Below, one piece after another: positions 1-29,238 of a stretch of 64,000 nucleotides of DNA. The number at the start of each line of letters is the position of its first letter. Position 1 is the stretch's first letter. The stretch is from Zygnema circumcarinatum SAG 698-1b (lineage: Eukaryota > Plantae > Zygnematophyceae): the NCBI GenBank assembly GCA_037447605.1, contig CM074812.1, positions 2,294,001 to 2,358,000 of the forward strand. Direction: 5' to 3'. Below the pieces are notes generated by a model. It was not told where the DNA came from and did not search any database. It saw only the letters and a program-made list of their open reading frames with translations. The translations under genes and the position numbers were made by a program.

Positions 1-232
1 ACCATGATTTTCCGTTGTAGATTGTTTAGATTACGGAACAGCTTGTGGACACAGCATACTGAAGATTGCCTTGTCTTTCACACGATTTTTTTGTTCCTTG
101 GGCAATCTAGGTTTTGTAGAGTTTCCTTGATTTCCTTAAAAATCCAATTGTCTGAGGTTTGCTGAACTTTAGGGGCACTGCAATGTAAGTTATTTTAAGA
201 CATTTAGGGTCTTCAGTAATTCCGGCACATAC

Positions 233-3200
233 TGCAACTCTCTTGGTTCTTGACTGCTTGCACGGTCCCCTCTCCCACCCAATTCCAGTTGGTAGCGACC
301 AGCCATGAAGGAAGACCACTCTTCGAAACGACAAACCCGGAGCTCACGTAGCGGAAATAGCTGTTCAACTTCACCGGAGAAGTTGGAAAGCTTAACCCGA
401 ACGCATATGTTCCTGAAAGATGAATGTAAATTCCTTGTCAATTTTCATTGAACCAGATGCGATGAGTGCAGAGTGAATGGTTCAAAAGTGAAGAGAGGGA
501 GGGCGAGAGGCAGAGAATGGGAGAGGAGGGATGCAGGGAGGACTGGACGATGAAGGGGGAGGAGAAGGTGGGAGGGAGTGGAGAACAGACGACATAAAAG
601 AGGTAAAAATCCTCCTTGAGCACCATGCGCTTAGTATTCCTTTTTCTGACCGACGAGTTTCTTTAGAGCTTATGAAATTACCGAAGACGCATCTGTTGGT
701 ATTGTTAATGGCTGCAATATATCCCACATTACATGTGCAATTGTAGGTAACAGTAGAGCAGATTCCATGGCCTGCACATGCGCCCATAGGCTGTGCGGCG
801 TCGCAAAACTTAAGGCAATCTTTAGCGCTCCTCTGTGTACTCTTTTCGCAAAAGTCATCATTCCATTCAGCCACTGTAGAATTGAAGCAATTCCCCTTAA
901 TAGGCGGACATGTAGGTATGCCGCTCAGTTTGAACACGGGAGTCCCTGTCAAATAGTTGTTGGTGAAGTTAACAGCAGTCGTAAGAAGTACGGAATCAAC
1001 GTCCACGTTGAGGAGTCCAGTAAGAAAATTGTTTGCCAGGTTTCTGTCACAATAGAGAGCACATTGCACATTTATGAGCTCTTACAGTCAACTTGTACGA
1101 GGAAAGACAGGCTAGAATTTATCGAAATTTGGTGTCCTTGTGGGAAAAAAAACTGGCCTTCTATAGGCTGAGTTGACTGCTTCCTATTGGTACGACATGC
1201 CATACAAACAAACTCACATGGTTGCCAGATTGCGGAGCGTCCAAATCGTCGAAGGGATCTCTCCAGTCAGTTTATTATTGGATAAGTCCCTGCAAACAAT
1301 GCGGGTGTCCTAATTAGAAAAGTTTGGATGCCTTTATTGTAAATCCTCCAATAGCAAAAAGGACCTCACTCTTCATTTTGAGCACGAATGTTCAATTGAC
1401 TATGAGAGAGAAATTTAAAAGGACGACTTACAGGAATTCCAGGAGGGTGACCGTATCTAGGACGTCAGGGATGGCCCCTACCAAGTTATTTTCAGACGCG
1501 TACCTGCATTGAAATATTCCATACATTTTTATGTACAATAAGTGATATATCACTTTATCTGTAACTCGTCAACGCAACCAGGGAAAGTGAATCGTTGAAA
1601 CAGGGAAAACACATTCATAGATAATCAATTGAAGTTATCCAAGAGAGAACTAGATGTGTGGCATACAAACTTCGCCTGAAATCTTACAGGCTGGTGAGAG
1701 AGACACAGTCTCCAATACTCGATGAAATGTTCCCTGATAACTTGTTTTTATATAGGGATCTGCACATGAATGCATTGTGTTAAAGGAAGTATGCATTAGA
1801 ACTAAGGAACGTCCAAGTTGAATACTATCAACTGAAAAAATGTCACCTGCAAGCTTTTTTCCAAACAGAGTCAAACAATATGGCGAAACCCTAAAACTGT
1901 TTCCTTGATTCAAACTTTAACCTTCTAGTTCGCCTTCAAAAAATCTGAGCCAATCTGAACAAAGAAATAGTGGAATTATGAATTAAGCATCGTCAAATTT
2001 GATTGAATGCTTCCAATCAGCACAGTTTTTCACCCATCTAGTTTCTTAACGTTTAAGGTCCACTTCGAGAAATACCATACAATCTTCATGGACAATGGAG
2101 AGGACACGGCTAATGACAGCTCAATATAGAGAAACCAAAGACCATTGAATTTAGGAATGAGAAGACCAGTGCAAGTGCCCTCTGCAGAATTTTTATTTTT
2201 ATGGTAACAAAAGCAGAAAATGCAAGTGCACTTCTATTTCGAACTTAACTTAGGCTTGCAAGGAATTTATAGTGTTCGAAGGCCTTCAAGGCTTCATATA
2301 TTTACGGGGTTAAGGGATTGGGGAGTTTTAGGAGAAAACAACAAAACATGTGTTTAGATCTGCTCCACAGTTTCACATAACATAAAATAGCCATATATAT
2401 GTTCAAACGGATATTACATTATTGCCAGACTGGGAAGTTTCCATAAAACAGACGGAATTTCTCCAGTCAGTAAATTGTTGGATAGGTCTCTGCAAAAAAT
2501 ACAGGGCGCTTTCATTAGATGTATACGCTCCAAACAAGGGCGCATGTGAACAAATTGTTTGTCAACACCCATCGACGCAGTTTTGCAAAACTGAACATTA
2601 TTCTGCTTGTGTACTCCTAGGTGCTCAAGTTGAAAAAGGCCGTGTATGTGTGGACCAAGAGACTTACAGCAAATTGAGAGCATTGCAAGTGCCAATGCTT
2701 GGGGGAATTGCATTTGAAAACTTGTTGTTAGATAAGTCCCTGCACGTAAATGGAGCACGTTTCATGGTCAAGGAGAGAGATATGTGACCGAATAAAAATG
2801 AATGAAAAGTGAATATCGAGATTCCATAGCTTTATTGGCCTAAGAGAAAAACTAAGCTCAGTTTCCCGTAACATATCTGCCGCATGTGACCACTTTAACA
2901 AGGAATGACAAACTCAAGTGAAAAAACGCGGCAGAAGGCGTCAATATTGGTTGCAAAAACTTGGCCAGCATACTAAGCCATTATCATACCCTTACTTTGT
3001 CTATTTTTTCCATGGACATTAGCAAAGGACTGCTGAAATTTATTAATTAGTTTGCACCGTCTTTGGCAGTGTCTACCTATTACTTCCTACAACCAGGGGG
3101 ATTCAACGTGCTGGCGAAATTTACCCACTATGAAACACTTCCCGAAGGAAAAATCCGAGCGGCTTGACCTTGAGAGGTGCAGGGAGTCATGATTATGGTT

Positions 3201-6200
3201 AAGGCCTTAGGACCCCATCGAGGGGTACCCATAGCCCAAATATAAACAAATGCTCCCTTCCATCTAAGAGAAAGTACACTAATCTTCTACTTATCAACCC
3301 ATTCTGTAGTCAGCCGTTCCACTGGACGAGATGTGATGTGTGCAAGCAACATGTAGCAATCACTCTAAGGGTTTTTAGGGTTTTCAGCCGACGGACTCTA
3401 CATACGAAAGCACACACTCAGCATGATCTACTTAAGTCCCTCAGCCACCACGGCGCTCAGGATTGTAACAGGCGTTACACAACAACCACTTCTAAAGAAT
3501 TAAAGGAAAAGAAAGTACAAAAGCTGCAATTCGGTGAGGTTGCCGATAGTTGATGGTAGGACGCCAGCAAACGAATTCCGAGAGAGATTCCTGCCGCCAA
3601 AAGCAGCTGATTATACAGAAGTGCAAAAAGGTACAACCAAACCAACCAACGACCTTCAATGGTAATAAGCTTAACTTTCCATTCGTTCACTGAAAATCGT
3701 TACAGTAAGTGGCCTTGGGCGGGAAGGTGCCATTCCTTATCACCTCAGTACTGGAGTATTCCGTAAACAGCCAAGTCCTTTGACTCTTGACGACTACAAG
3801 GAAAGGTTGCGAGAAGAATCTGAACTGCGAATGACCTTGAGATGATTTATACTACGTTGAATATACACTAGATACCCCCGGACATGTGCACGGCATGATA
3901 AGTTTACCCAGGCAACAGTGGCTTGCAACAGATTAGGAAATGCAACTTACAAATATTTTAATTTCGTGAGATTACCGATAGTCGCTGGTAAACTACCAGT
4001 AAAAAAATTTCGAGAAAGATTCCTACAGCCCAAAATGTAGATACAAGAATATGCAATGATTAGAATTACAACATGAATAACAACAACAGATACTAAAATT
4101 CTTTGAAAAATTGAAGGACGTATCACGTATACGTGACATTCTGTCACAGTTTTGATTCTAAATCATGAGAGTCGATGCGATAGGCTGATCCAGTAATCCT
4201 TCCTTAACAAAAATTTGCAATTTGTCAAGCTAGCTTGTTCCTCTAGGTCCGACCTCCAACAAAGTATATGAACCCTAAATCGAGTGGAACCTCCACGAGT
4301 GAAATTCTTTACTGAATATCAGAAACATTTAGATGAGAGAACTTACAAATATCTCAACATGGAGAGTTTGCCAACATTGGTGGAAATTTTTTGAACCAAA
4401 CGATTGTTTGCAAGGTCTCTGAATGCCAAAAAAAAGGTAATTGTCAGTTTCTCAAAGAAAGCGCACTTTCAGGCCAAAATCAATCCACTTAATTCTTACT
4501 TGATTCAAGTTTAGCTTACGACCATTATATCATCTGAAAGGGTTCAAAAAATTGAGAGAAGAAAGCTCACAATGTCGTCAAATTGATGCAATTCCAAAGT
4601 TTCTCGGGAATAATTCCATTCAATTGATTGTCATTCATGATCCTGCAATTTAACATGAAGAAAGACTCTTGATACAATTAGGCAATCATCAAAACAGATA
4701 GTATGAAGTTTACAGCTTTCAGTTTTAACAACAAAATAAAATCATTGAAGTACGGAAGATTCCACCAGACGGAGCATGACGATCACAACTCTACATAGAC
4801 CGGTACAAAAAATTTGAAAGGTTCTTATTTGGTAAGAGTCTTCTACCATTAATCCGAGGCTTCAGTTACGCTAAGAGGCTTCCGCCTTCTATATTGGAAA
4901 TTTACCAATGCAATGAAAAAGAATTCTGGATCCTATAAACTGAAAATTCCAAAATTTATTTCCGTGGATTCAATCAACTCATGTAGAGAATTAGTGAAAA
5001 AGTTTCAGGAAAAGTTGAAAACCCCTTCCTTTCAAAATACCGACATTATGAATAAAGAATCATGAATGCAAAAAGATGTTAGGATGTAGGGTGTAGGGTG
5101 TAGGGTTTAGGGTTTAGGGTTTAGGGTCAGGGCCTGGGATCGGAGGGGTTTAGGGTTAAGGGTTCAGGATCCGAGGGGAATGAGGGTTTTAGGGTTCAGC
5201 ATCCGAAATCTGAGAGGTTTAGGGTTTAGGGTTTAGGGTTTAAGGTTTAGGGTTTAGGGTTTAAGGTTTAGGGTTTAGGGTTTAGGGTCAGGGTTCAGGG
5301 CTCAGGATCTGGGATCCGAGGGTTCCAGGGTTAAGGGTTCAGGATCCGAGATCTGAAAGGTTTAGGTTGTCGGGTCAGGGTTCAGGGTTCAGGATCTGAG
5401 ATCTGAGTGGTTTAAGGTCTAGAGTTTAGGGTCAGGGTTTAGGGCTCAGGGTCTGGGATCTAAAGGGTTTAGGGTTCACTTCTGCGTTTCAACATATTAT
5501 GGGTCCACCCGCTATCTCGCAGTCAATCTACTCTGAAATCTGGCAATCACTTTCAATGGGTGACGCCCCATCGTCCGTCAGCTTTAGGATGACTAAAAAT
5601 TTCACGGGTGTTTAAATTATTTCAAGACTTCCAAGGCAGTAGGGCCGAGCCTTCTATGTTTCATCAATATCTTAACAAGTTCATGAAGCGCAAGGAAGGA
5701 AGTTCACAGTGTTTGCAATATTTTGAGATCGCCAACAGACGCTGGAATAGGTCCACTTAATGTACTTGAATGTACGTCCCTGTCACCAAGCAAAATACGC
5801 ACCACATGTAGATTGACACAATTAAGTTATTCATTTGCATGAGCATGAACACACTTTCTGCACATACCATGCCTCGATTTCAAATTAAAATAGAATCTAT
5901 AGCGACATTCTTGAGAAAACGCATATTGCGAAATTGAGATGCCAAAAAAACATACTTTGCAGGACAACGTCTTGTTAAAAGAACTCCAATTCTGGAATCC
6001 AACTTCCGAAACTTACAAAGTTGTCAGATTGGACAGTTTGCCAAGGACAGGGAGGCCTCCACTGAAGGAGTTTAGCGAGAAGTTTCTGCAAACAAAACAA
6101 GCGTACTTCCCGAATACATTATGCTAAGCTGCAATCAAACCAGATAAAGATAAGGTAATGTCCTAATGTACATGCATTACACATCTGAACACGAATGTAA

Positions 6201-7940
6201 AACACTGAAACCATTGATAGAAGGTGAAGGTCCTAGAAATTATAAGAACTTAAAGCCAAGTGAAGAGAGTTTAGAAGCACTCTAGAACCTGGGAATTCGA
6301 GAAGCCGTTGGCACACAAGGAAACACCAATTCATCAATCAAAAAGAGTCACGGCTTTCCAGGTTGTTCAAGGACAAAAAAAAATCAGAAAAATAAAGTGG
6401 TTAAAACGAGGCTCACAATTTCCGTAGGTTTGTGAGACTACTGAGAGCGGTGGGGATGGCCCCAGTTAAACTCAAGTTTGCAAGCGTCCTGGTATCGAAA
6501 AACGAAAATGTTTGGGCGTTAACATTGTTTCAAGATATAAGTGACATTTTGTCAGTTTAAGTTTCATTCCTTTCAGAAAGGACAGGAGAAGAAGAAATTT
6601 CAAATAGCCACATGATATTGTGAAAAACGTAAAAAGTGCGGGTTTGACATGACTCACAATTCCTCTATTTCGCTGAATTTCCCAATAGAGGGCGATATTA
6701 TTCCACCAAATGGAATATCAGAAAGTTTTCTGACACAAATAGCAAGATGTGGGACGTGAGCACTAGCAGGAAACAACACATCAAAACTGCGATGGAGATT
6801 AAAACCACGAGTAAAATTGGCTGAGAATGTCCCGTCACAGCACGTGCCACCACCATTCCATGTTCCTTATGACTGGTAGCGTATCCTAGAAGAAAAAAAA
6901 CAAGAAAAAGAGATCACGGGGATGAGTGAAAGACAAACATTCGCTTACAATTTTTGTAAGGTTCCATCGCTGTTGCATGTGACATATGCCCACGTGCTGC
7001 AGTTGGTGCTGGTTTGATTCCAGGAACTGAGGTTCAACGACCTGTACGGCTCATTAAAGTTCGCCTTCACTTGAAGAAGCGCGTTCTCTGCTTCCACAGA
7101 TGCATCCATAGGTCGGATTACAATTGGAATTAGGTTAGGGTTAGGGTTAGAGTTAGGGTTAGGATAAACCTTAGGGTTAGGGCAAGAGTCAACGGTGAGG
7201 GATAGAGTCGGGTTAGAGCTAGAGTTAGAGTTAGGGTTAGGGTTAGGGTTGGGGCTAGAGTCAACGGTGAGGGATGAGTTGGGTTAGGGCTACAGTTAGG
7301 GTTAGTTAGGGTTAGGGTTAGGGGTTAGGGTTAGAGTTAGGCTTAGGGTTAGGGTTAGGGTAAGGGTTAAGGTTAGGCTAGACTTAACGTTAGGATAGGG
7401 GTAAGGAGATAATTAGCGTTAGGGCTTTGGCTAGCGTTAACAGGCTAGAACCGATCTGGCTTATCACAGTCTTTCTGGTTTTAAGGTTTCGAGGGCCTTC
7501 TAATGTTTTATCGTTAACAGTCAAAAAAAAGCTTCAGAGACCCAATTTTATCATAAGTAAAGGGGGTTCTGGAATATTCGGGTTTAAGGAAATTTAGGTT
7601 TCGAGGTTTTGCAGTAAAGAGGGATTTAGAGTTCAGAGGATTTACGCGTTTGGGGTTTGAAAGTCTGCGCAAAAGCAGCCGGCGCGAAGCAAGTGCTAGC
7701 GATGGCGAAAAAAAACCCTAAAATGAGGGAGATCCGGTCACACTGCGCTCCTCCTCCGTCGGTCCTGAACCCTGTCTTCCCCATGAGCGCCATTGGCAAT
7801 GCCACGGCTTAGGAACACGTGGCGTTGAGAGACAGGCCACAGCCACGTGGCGCTCCGGGATAGGCCTGCTTCTCTCTGCACGTCCACGTGGTGCCGCGGG
7901 ATTGGCCCCCTCCGCCGCCCTCTCACCTCCTCCCCGCCAT
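233..7940 (-). CDS. Secreted LRR-EGF-papain(C1A) multidomain protein, paralog A (3' part beyond the left window edge)
   Basis: Phase-consistent GT-AG exons: 7940-7927 (ATG, 14 nt); 7764-7646 (signal peptide RISLILGFFFAIASTCFAPAAFA); 7087-6949 (LRRNT: NALLQVKANF...SSWNQTSTNCSTWAYVTCNSDG); LRR exons 6488-6417, 6085-6017 (69 nt), 5779-5708, 4642-4571, 4418-4347, 4022-3951, 2739-2668, 2489-2418, 1759-1688, 1503-1432, 1289-1218 (e.g. DLSNNKLTGEIPSTIWTLRNLATI); 1043-682 (last LRR plus Cys-rich/EGF CAGHGICSTVTYNCTCNVGY...C); 412-233 (start of papain domain, WNWVGEGTVQAVKNQESC). Non-LRR exon phases match paralog B, with identical 14-, 139- and 180-nt exons. Confidence 0.88.
5085..5477 (+). repeat. 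Intronic telomere-like (TTTAGGG)n array with degenerate units
   Basis: TTTAGGG/GTTCAGG units interspersed with GGATCCGAG/GATCTGAG, within the intron between LRR exons 4642 and 5708. Confidence 0.85.
7131..7400 (+). repeat. Intronic (TTAGGG)n-type telomere-like array
   Basis: Repeated TTAGGG/TTAGAG hexamers between exons 7087 and 7646. Confidence 0.8.
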
Positions 7941-9077
7941 GGCCTGAGCCTGTGGCCACTAAATACAAGGAGAAACGACAAACTGTAAGCCAGGGCCATG
8001 GCCGTACGGTTCCAGCACGAGGCGACTGGTGATTGCTCGAACATAGGATCCGGGGATTTTAGTCAGTTAGTTACTTAGTTGGTTAGTTAGAATGGCATTT
8101 AGTTAGTTAGCTAGCTGTTTGACGAAGGTCCGCTTACGAGACGGTTAGGCTCGGGAAAAAAAACGAAAACAACTAACCATTATTGGTCAAAGACAATCCG
8201 TCACCGTTCGAGAGTTAACTGTTACCAGTCGCATAGAACCCGTTACGATTCAATGCGGAAAGTCCGGCCGACCGGCGGGCTCATTAAGAACGGGCAGGAC
8301 CACCGACCTACTGGTCAACGCGGAAATCCGGCCTGCCGGCGGGCTCCTTAAATAACGGGAAGGATGACCGACCTACCGTACATTTCGAACGCTTTTTTCG
8401 TACACTTTTGTACATGTCCTGATAAGATATTGTTCTTTTCTGACCAATGATTATTGATAAACGTCCATGGGCATTGATTACATGATGGCGACGGCATTAA
8501 CCGTAAACTGACTAATAACTAACTTAACGAACTCATCAACGTCGTGTGTTGAACTACGGTACGGCTGCGGGCTTGAGATACTGTACAGAAACAGTATCGA
8601 AATCGAAATGTATCGAAACAGACAAGACATGCCGTACAGAATAGTACAAATTGTACGAAAATGTGACAGTACTGTACTGTATCAGTACCATAACAAAGTC
8701 GGCATCTACGTACAGTTCCGCTAACCACATTTTTCCAGATCGTCTTCGGTGTACGGAATTTCGGACTGTTACCGTATGAAATTCAGCAACCCAACCGGCG
8801 GATTTGAGTACAGTACTGTACGATAGATTATTTCCTGAAAAACTAAAGGGCGAAACCAGTACATCCCCCACGAAATTGTTTCACAATAGCCAATATGAAA
8901 GGTACTTATTTGGACTGAAATCCGGCAGCCCCCTGCCAATGTTCTTAGGGTTTCTACATAACGTAGGCTTCTTTTAGGTTTCTAGGGTTTTCAGCCCTAA
9001 AACTTGGAAAATAAACCCCTCTTCGGGATAGCGCCCCCGCGACCCTCTCTCGGAAGGAGAAGGCGCGAGGGGGCGCA
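7941..9077. promoter_or_regulatory. Shared bidirectional promoter region between the two LRR-papain paralogs (1137 bp between start codons)
   Basis: Divergent ATGs at 7940 (-) and 9078 (+). Contains an imperfect ~61-bp direct repeat (8251-8311 / 8316-8376). G-boxes (CACGTG) lie in intron 1 of both genes (7816, 7844, 7885; 9149). Confidence 0.6.
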
Positions 9078-24512
<15,435 letters not shown>

Positions 24513-24551
24513 AAGGGCTCCTGTGAGAGTCTGGAGTGAGGAGTGGGTTGT

Positions 24552-24900
24552 TAGGGTTTTAGGGGTTTTAGGGGTTTTAGGATGTTCAGGGTTTGTAGGG
24601 TTTTAGGGTTTTAGGGTTTTGAGGGTTTTAGGGTTATAGGGTTGAAGGGTTTTTAGGGTTTATAGGGGGTTAGGGTTTTAAGGGTTTTAGTGTTTTAAGG
24701 GTTTTAAGGGTGTTTAGGGTTTTAAGGGTGTTTAGGGTTTTAGGGTTTAAGGTTCTATGGTTTTAGGGTTTTTAAGTGTTTTAAGGGTTTCTAGGGTTTT
24801 ACGGTTTTAGGGTTTTTAGGGTTTTAGGGATTCTAGGGTTTTAGGGATTCTAGGGTTTTAGGGTTTTAAAGGTTTTAGGGTTTTGAGGGGATTTAGGGTT
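24552..24900 (+). repeat. Degenerate (TTTTAGGG)n telomere-like array directly 3' of the paralog B stop codon
   Basis: GTTTTAGGG/TTTTAAGGG units. Confidence 0.8.
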
Positions 24901-25410
24901 TTTGGGATGAACGTTGGCCTCAATCCTTAGGGTTCTTCTACCTGCTTCAAGGTGTGAGGGTTCAGGTCGGCGATGTTGGCTTTATTCATGAACAACAAAC
25001 ATGAGGATAACAAACCCCACAAAGTACACTACTATGTGGGGATAGGACCCAAGCACTAGAAAGTTGTGGAGGGTATGAAACTTGAGTTTTCATGTCTACC
25101 CCCCCAAGGCTAGACCTTCCATTTTGTTATTGGATTTAAATGGAAGTTTATCGTTTTATTATTCGTCATTTTTTTTCTTAGCTTCTTTGCTTTTATGTTC
25201 GATGTGCGAATCAATCCAAACCGTCCGTTTCATGCATGTCGTGAGGTAGTTTTGGTTAGTCAGGTGTGACCTGGATGTTGACTAAAGCGAGCCTGACCAG
25301 AACTGACCAACTCTGACCGCCACTCACAGCACCCCCCCTCCGCCCTTTAGGGCAAGCACTTAGTCAGCCGCCATCGCCGTGCAGTTCTAGTTACCGTAGA
25401 TTGTTGGTAC

Positions 25411-26375
25411 GGTTTCTTCCAATTCACTCGATTGGTTCGTACAGTTTCTTCCAATTCCCCCGATTGGTTCGTACAGTTTCTTCCAATTCACCCGATTGGT
25501 TTACAGTTTCTTCCATTAATCGCGAGGGGGAGCTTTCATTGAACTCCATTAATTCACCCAATTGGTTCATACAGTTTCTTCAGGAGGGGACACTTTCATT
25601 GAACTCGCGATGGCGAGGCCATCAAATGTACATGGACAAAGGCAAAATGTGGAACCACGAACGACTGGTCACAAAGGACCGAAACACAATAAAACGAAGC
25701 TAGGAGCGGAAAACTACGCCTAGGCACAACAACGCAGCCCCTAGAAGCAGCCGCGAAGGTCACCGATGTGAGGCACGTCACGACGAGGGAGCGGCGGAAG
25801 TCCAACACGATTCCTATTCCACACACCTATTCCCCCGATTGGTTCGTACAGTTTCTTCCATTCATTCTATTGATTCGTAGAGTTACTTCGTATTCACCGG
25901 ATTGGTCCATACGGTGCCAGATGTGCGTTAAACATTCCCATGCTCAACTCAACTGCAAGGGAAGTCCTGGCTTGGCCAATTCCTCTCCCTCAGACCCTCC
26001 GTACAGCCCACCATGCATGCCATTCCCATGCCATCCCATGCTTTTCTTCCCCTTCTTGCTGCCCTTCCTCTTGCTTTCATCCTTTTCCTCATCCTGCAAT
26101 TGCTGCAGCACATCTTCTATAGCCCCAGCCCAATAATCTCCATCGAAGTAAGGCAGCCCACTGGAAGCTCTCACGGGAATTCACACTATTGGTTCGTACA
26201 GTTCCTTCAATTCATGTTATTGGTTCGTACAGTTCCTTCCAATTCACCCAATTGGTGCGTACATTTTCTTCAATTCATGCTATTGGTTCTTACAATTTTT
26301 TTGAATTCACCCGATTGGTACAGTTTCCTCCAATTTTCATCCGATTGGTTCATACAATTTCTTCCAATTCACCCG
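25411..26375 (+). repeat. Interrupted 32-bp tandem repeat (AATTCACCCGATTGGTTCGTACAGTTTCTTCC), ~13 units in three blocks separated by unique inserts
   Basis: Blocks at ~25421-25580, ~25829-25910 and ~26178-26375. Unique inserts at ~25600-25815 and ~25915-26175. Confidence 0.8.
26041..26160 (-). pseudogene. HAC: Orphan coding fragment of a CBP/p300-type histone acetyltransferase (KAT11 domain C-terminal part)
   Basis: Translates GLPYFDGDYWAGAIEDVLQQLQDEEKDESKRKGSKKGKK. This matches the recalled plant HAC motif RLPYFDGDYWPGAAED...QEEDGRK..KKG..KK (p300: LPYFEGDFW). No other HAC exons were found in the window. Confidence 0.75.
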
Positions 26376-26968
26376 ACTGCAGTTCCAGTTTCAGTCTCAG
26401 TGACTGTACTTTGAATCGCAGTTCCAGTTCCAGTTTTACTCGCAGTTTTCCTATCGTTGTACCATACCGTACTTGGTTTTCCTGGGAAAAAAAACCGTTT
26501 TTGAAAACTCAAGAATTTCAAATTCAGTATATCACTTTCCCTGAAAACTAAGTAAAATATACTGGAATAGCGAAATGCGAAGTACTTTTTTTGAAACACC
26601 TTCCATACCGTATGGAAAATGAACGATCTAAACGCCCAATTCATTCACGCAAATCCAGAGATGTGCCCGCAAGACACGGCTGTGCGCGGAGCGGATTTGG
26701 ATAAAATCACACCTACGTCAAGCGCACTACAAAATTCATGGTCACGTGTCCGCATCCGATTGGCGATATTACTTTATTCGTACATGCACTTTAGGCCGTA
26801 CGGGTCAAGATCCGGTGCAATGATGAAACGTATCTGATTTTGTTGTGTCTCCAACTGAAAAGTACGGATATCAGGGTCACGACGGAATGAACACGATACT
26901 GTAGCCGTGCAGTGCAGTACGGTCGCTTCAGTCACGACATGGCGTCCGTACCGACCATACGTACTGTA

Positions 26969-27041
26969 GTAGTCGTGGTCGGTGCACGCGTCCGAAGGCC
27001 TGTCGCGAACGCGCCGACCAGGGTTCGAATCCTGCAACTGC
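26969..27041 (+). ncRNA. Degenerate tRNA-like / SINE-head-like element (73 nt)
   Basis: Starts GTAGTCGTGG and carries the B-box GGTTCGAATCC. The acceptor stem pairs 6/7 (GTAGTCG/CAACTGC), but D and anticodon arms are not canonical. Confidence 0.3.
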
Positions 27042-27159
27042 AAATGTACAACAGCGTGTTGAACATGGGAGCATGCATCCATCGTCTAGCGCTTGTACGG
27101 AATGAAATGGCCCGTAGTTCCTCACCGAGCTTCCACGGGCTTACAATTTTCTTCAGAGG

Positions 27160-27360
27160 TAGGACCATTGGACCAACTATTGCCAATGGTTGCGACCGTT
27201 GGATTCAATGGCTGCCAGCCATTAGAATGTTGCCAAGCATTGCCAATGGTGCCAAGCATTGCCAATGGTGTCAACCATTTGATTCAATAGTTTCAGCCAT
27301 TGCGAACCATTGGGTGGCCAACCATTGGCATCCCATGGTTGATCCAATGGTTGCCTATCC
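27160..27360 (+). repeat. CCATTGG/CCAATGG-rich degenerate minisatellite (related copy at ~30885-31085)
   Basis: Both arrays begin GGACCATTGGA...ATTGCCA...ATGGTT and are built from CCATTGG/CCAATGG/GCAATGGTT words. Confidence 0.6.
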
Positions 27361-27539
27361 CATTCCGCCCTGTGCCCTTCTTGTACTCGCCCTACCGCAC
27401 GTAAACAAAAACTTTACCTCAATAGTTTTTTCCTTTCGTCCTCAGGCCCTTTATAGTTCCTCGTGGTTTAATACTAATTGGCGTGCTTGTCGGCAAGCGA
27501 CAGAGACCTACGCCGAAGTTCAGTACATTTTCACATTTC

Positions 27540-28488
<949 letters not shown>

Positions 28489-28881
28489 CAATACAAAAAA
28501 TTGACAGTTCCATTCCTGGCTGGAACGGCAGTACGAAAAATTTGAGACAATTTTTCATAAGTCGATCGAAGCTCCTCTCCTGTGGCAAAACTAACAGCAA
28601 AACGTGCCTAAAAATCATTTTTTCTGCACAGTTAAATAGATGATAATGGCTGAAGCAGAAGTGACCTGAACTTGAGTTTGGAATGATCCTTGTTTTTACT
28701 ACAAATAACAAATATTACATTTTTGGAGATGGTCAAAATGAACCAAAAAAAAAAAAAAAACATTAAAAAAATGGATGAAAATTGTACACCGTCTGCCTCA
28801 CGCCTGTCTCCGGACGGCTTCCTGCTGACCGGTCCACAGTAGCGGGTCTCGACCACAAAGCTATCTCACTCTCTCTCTCTG

Positions 28882-28927
<46 letters not shown>

Positions 28928-29238
28928 TCTCTCTCTCGCGTATGGGCCTCACTCGATCATCATTCTCCAAAACGAATTTCGACACTACCACACACACTGT
29001 TAACCCACTCAATGTATATACAAACTGCCGAAGCTCTCCAGGATCCCTCTCTCTCTCTCTCCCCACATCTCTCTCTCTTTCTCTCTCTCGCTCCCCTCTC
29101 TCTCTCCCCCTCCCTCTCCCCCTCCCTCTCCCTCTCTCTCCCTCTCTCTCCCTCTCTCTCCCCCCTCTCTCCCTCCCTCCCTCTCTCTCTCCTCCATCCC
29201 TAAACAGTCCAGTAATGAGCGCGCGGCTGTAGACGAAT

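Noticed and set aside
5085-5477. A true chromosome end (telomere)
   Set aside because: The arrays are short, degenerate, in both orientations and flanked by exons on both sides, so they are interstitial.
7718-8044. ORF MALAYSLSFLLVF... as the signal-peptide exon of paralog A
   Set aside because: The 14-nt exon 7940-7927 plus 7764-7646 gives a better signal peptide and mirrors paralog B exactly.
8519-8871. GTAC-rich segment in the LRR promoter as a MITE or ORF
   Set aside because: I could not identify terminal inverted repeats or a target-site duplication by eye, and the ORFs have no recognisable product.
25411-26375. CRISPR-like appearance (32-bp repeats with unique inserts)
   Set aside because: Most units are directly adjacent with no spacers, the inserts are 200-260 bp and irregular, there are no cas genes, and the context is eukaryotic.
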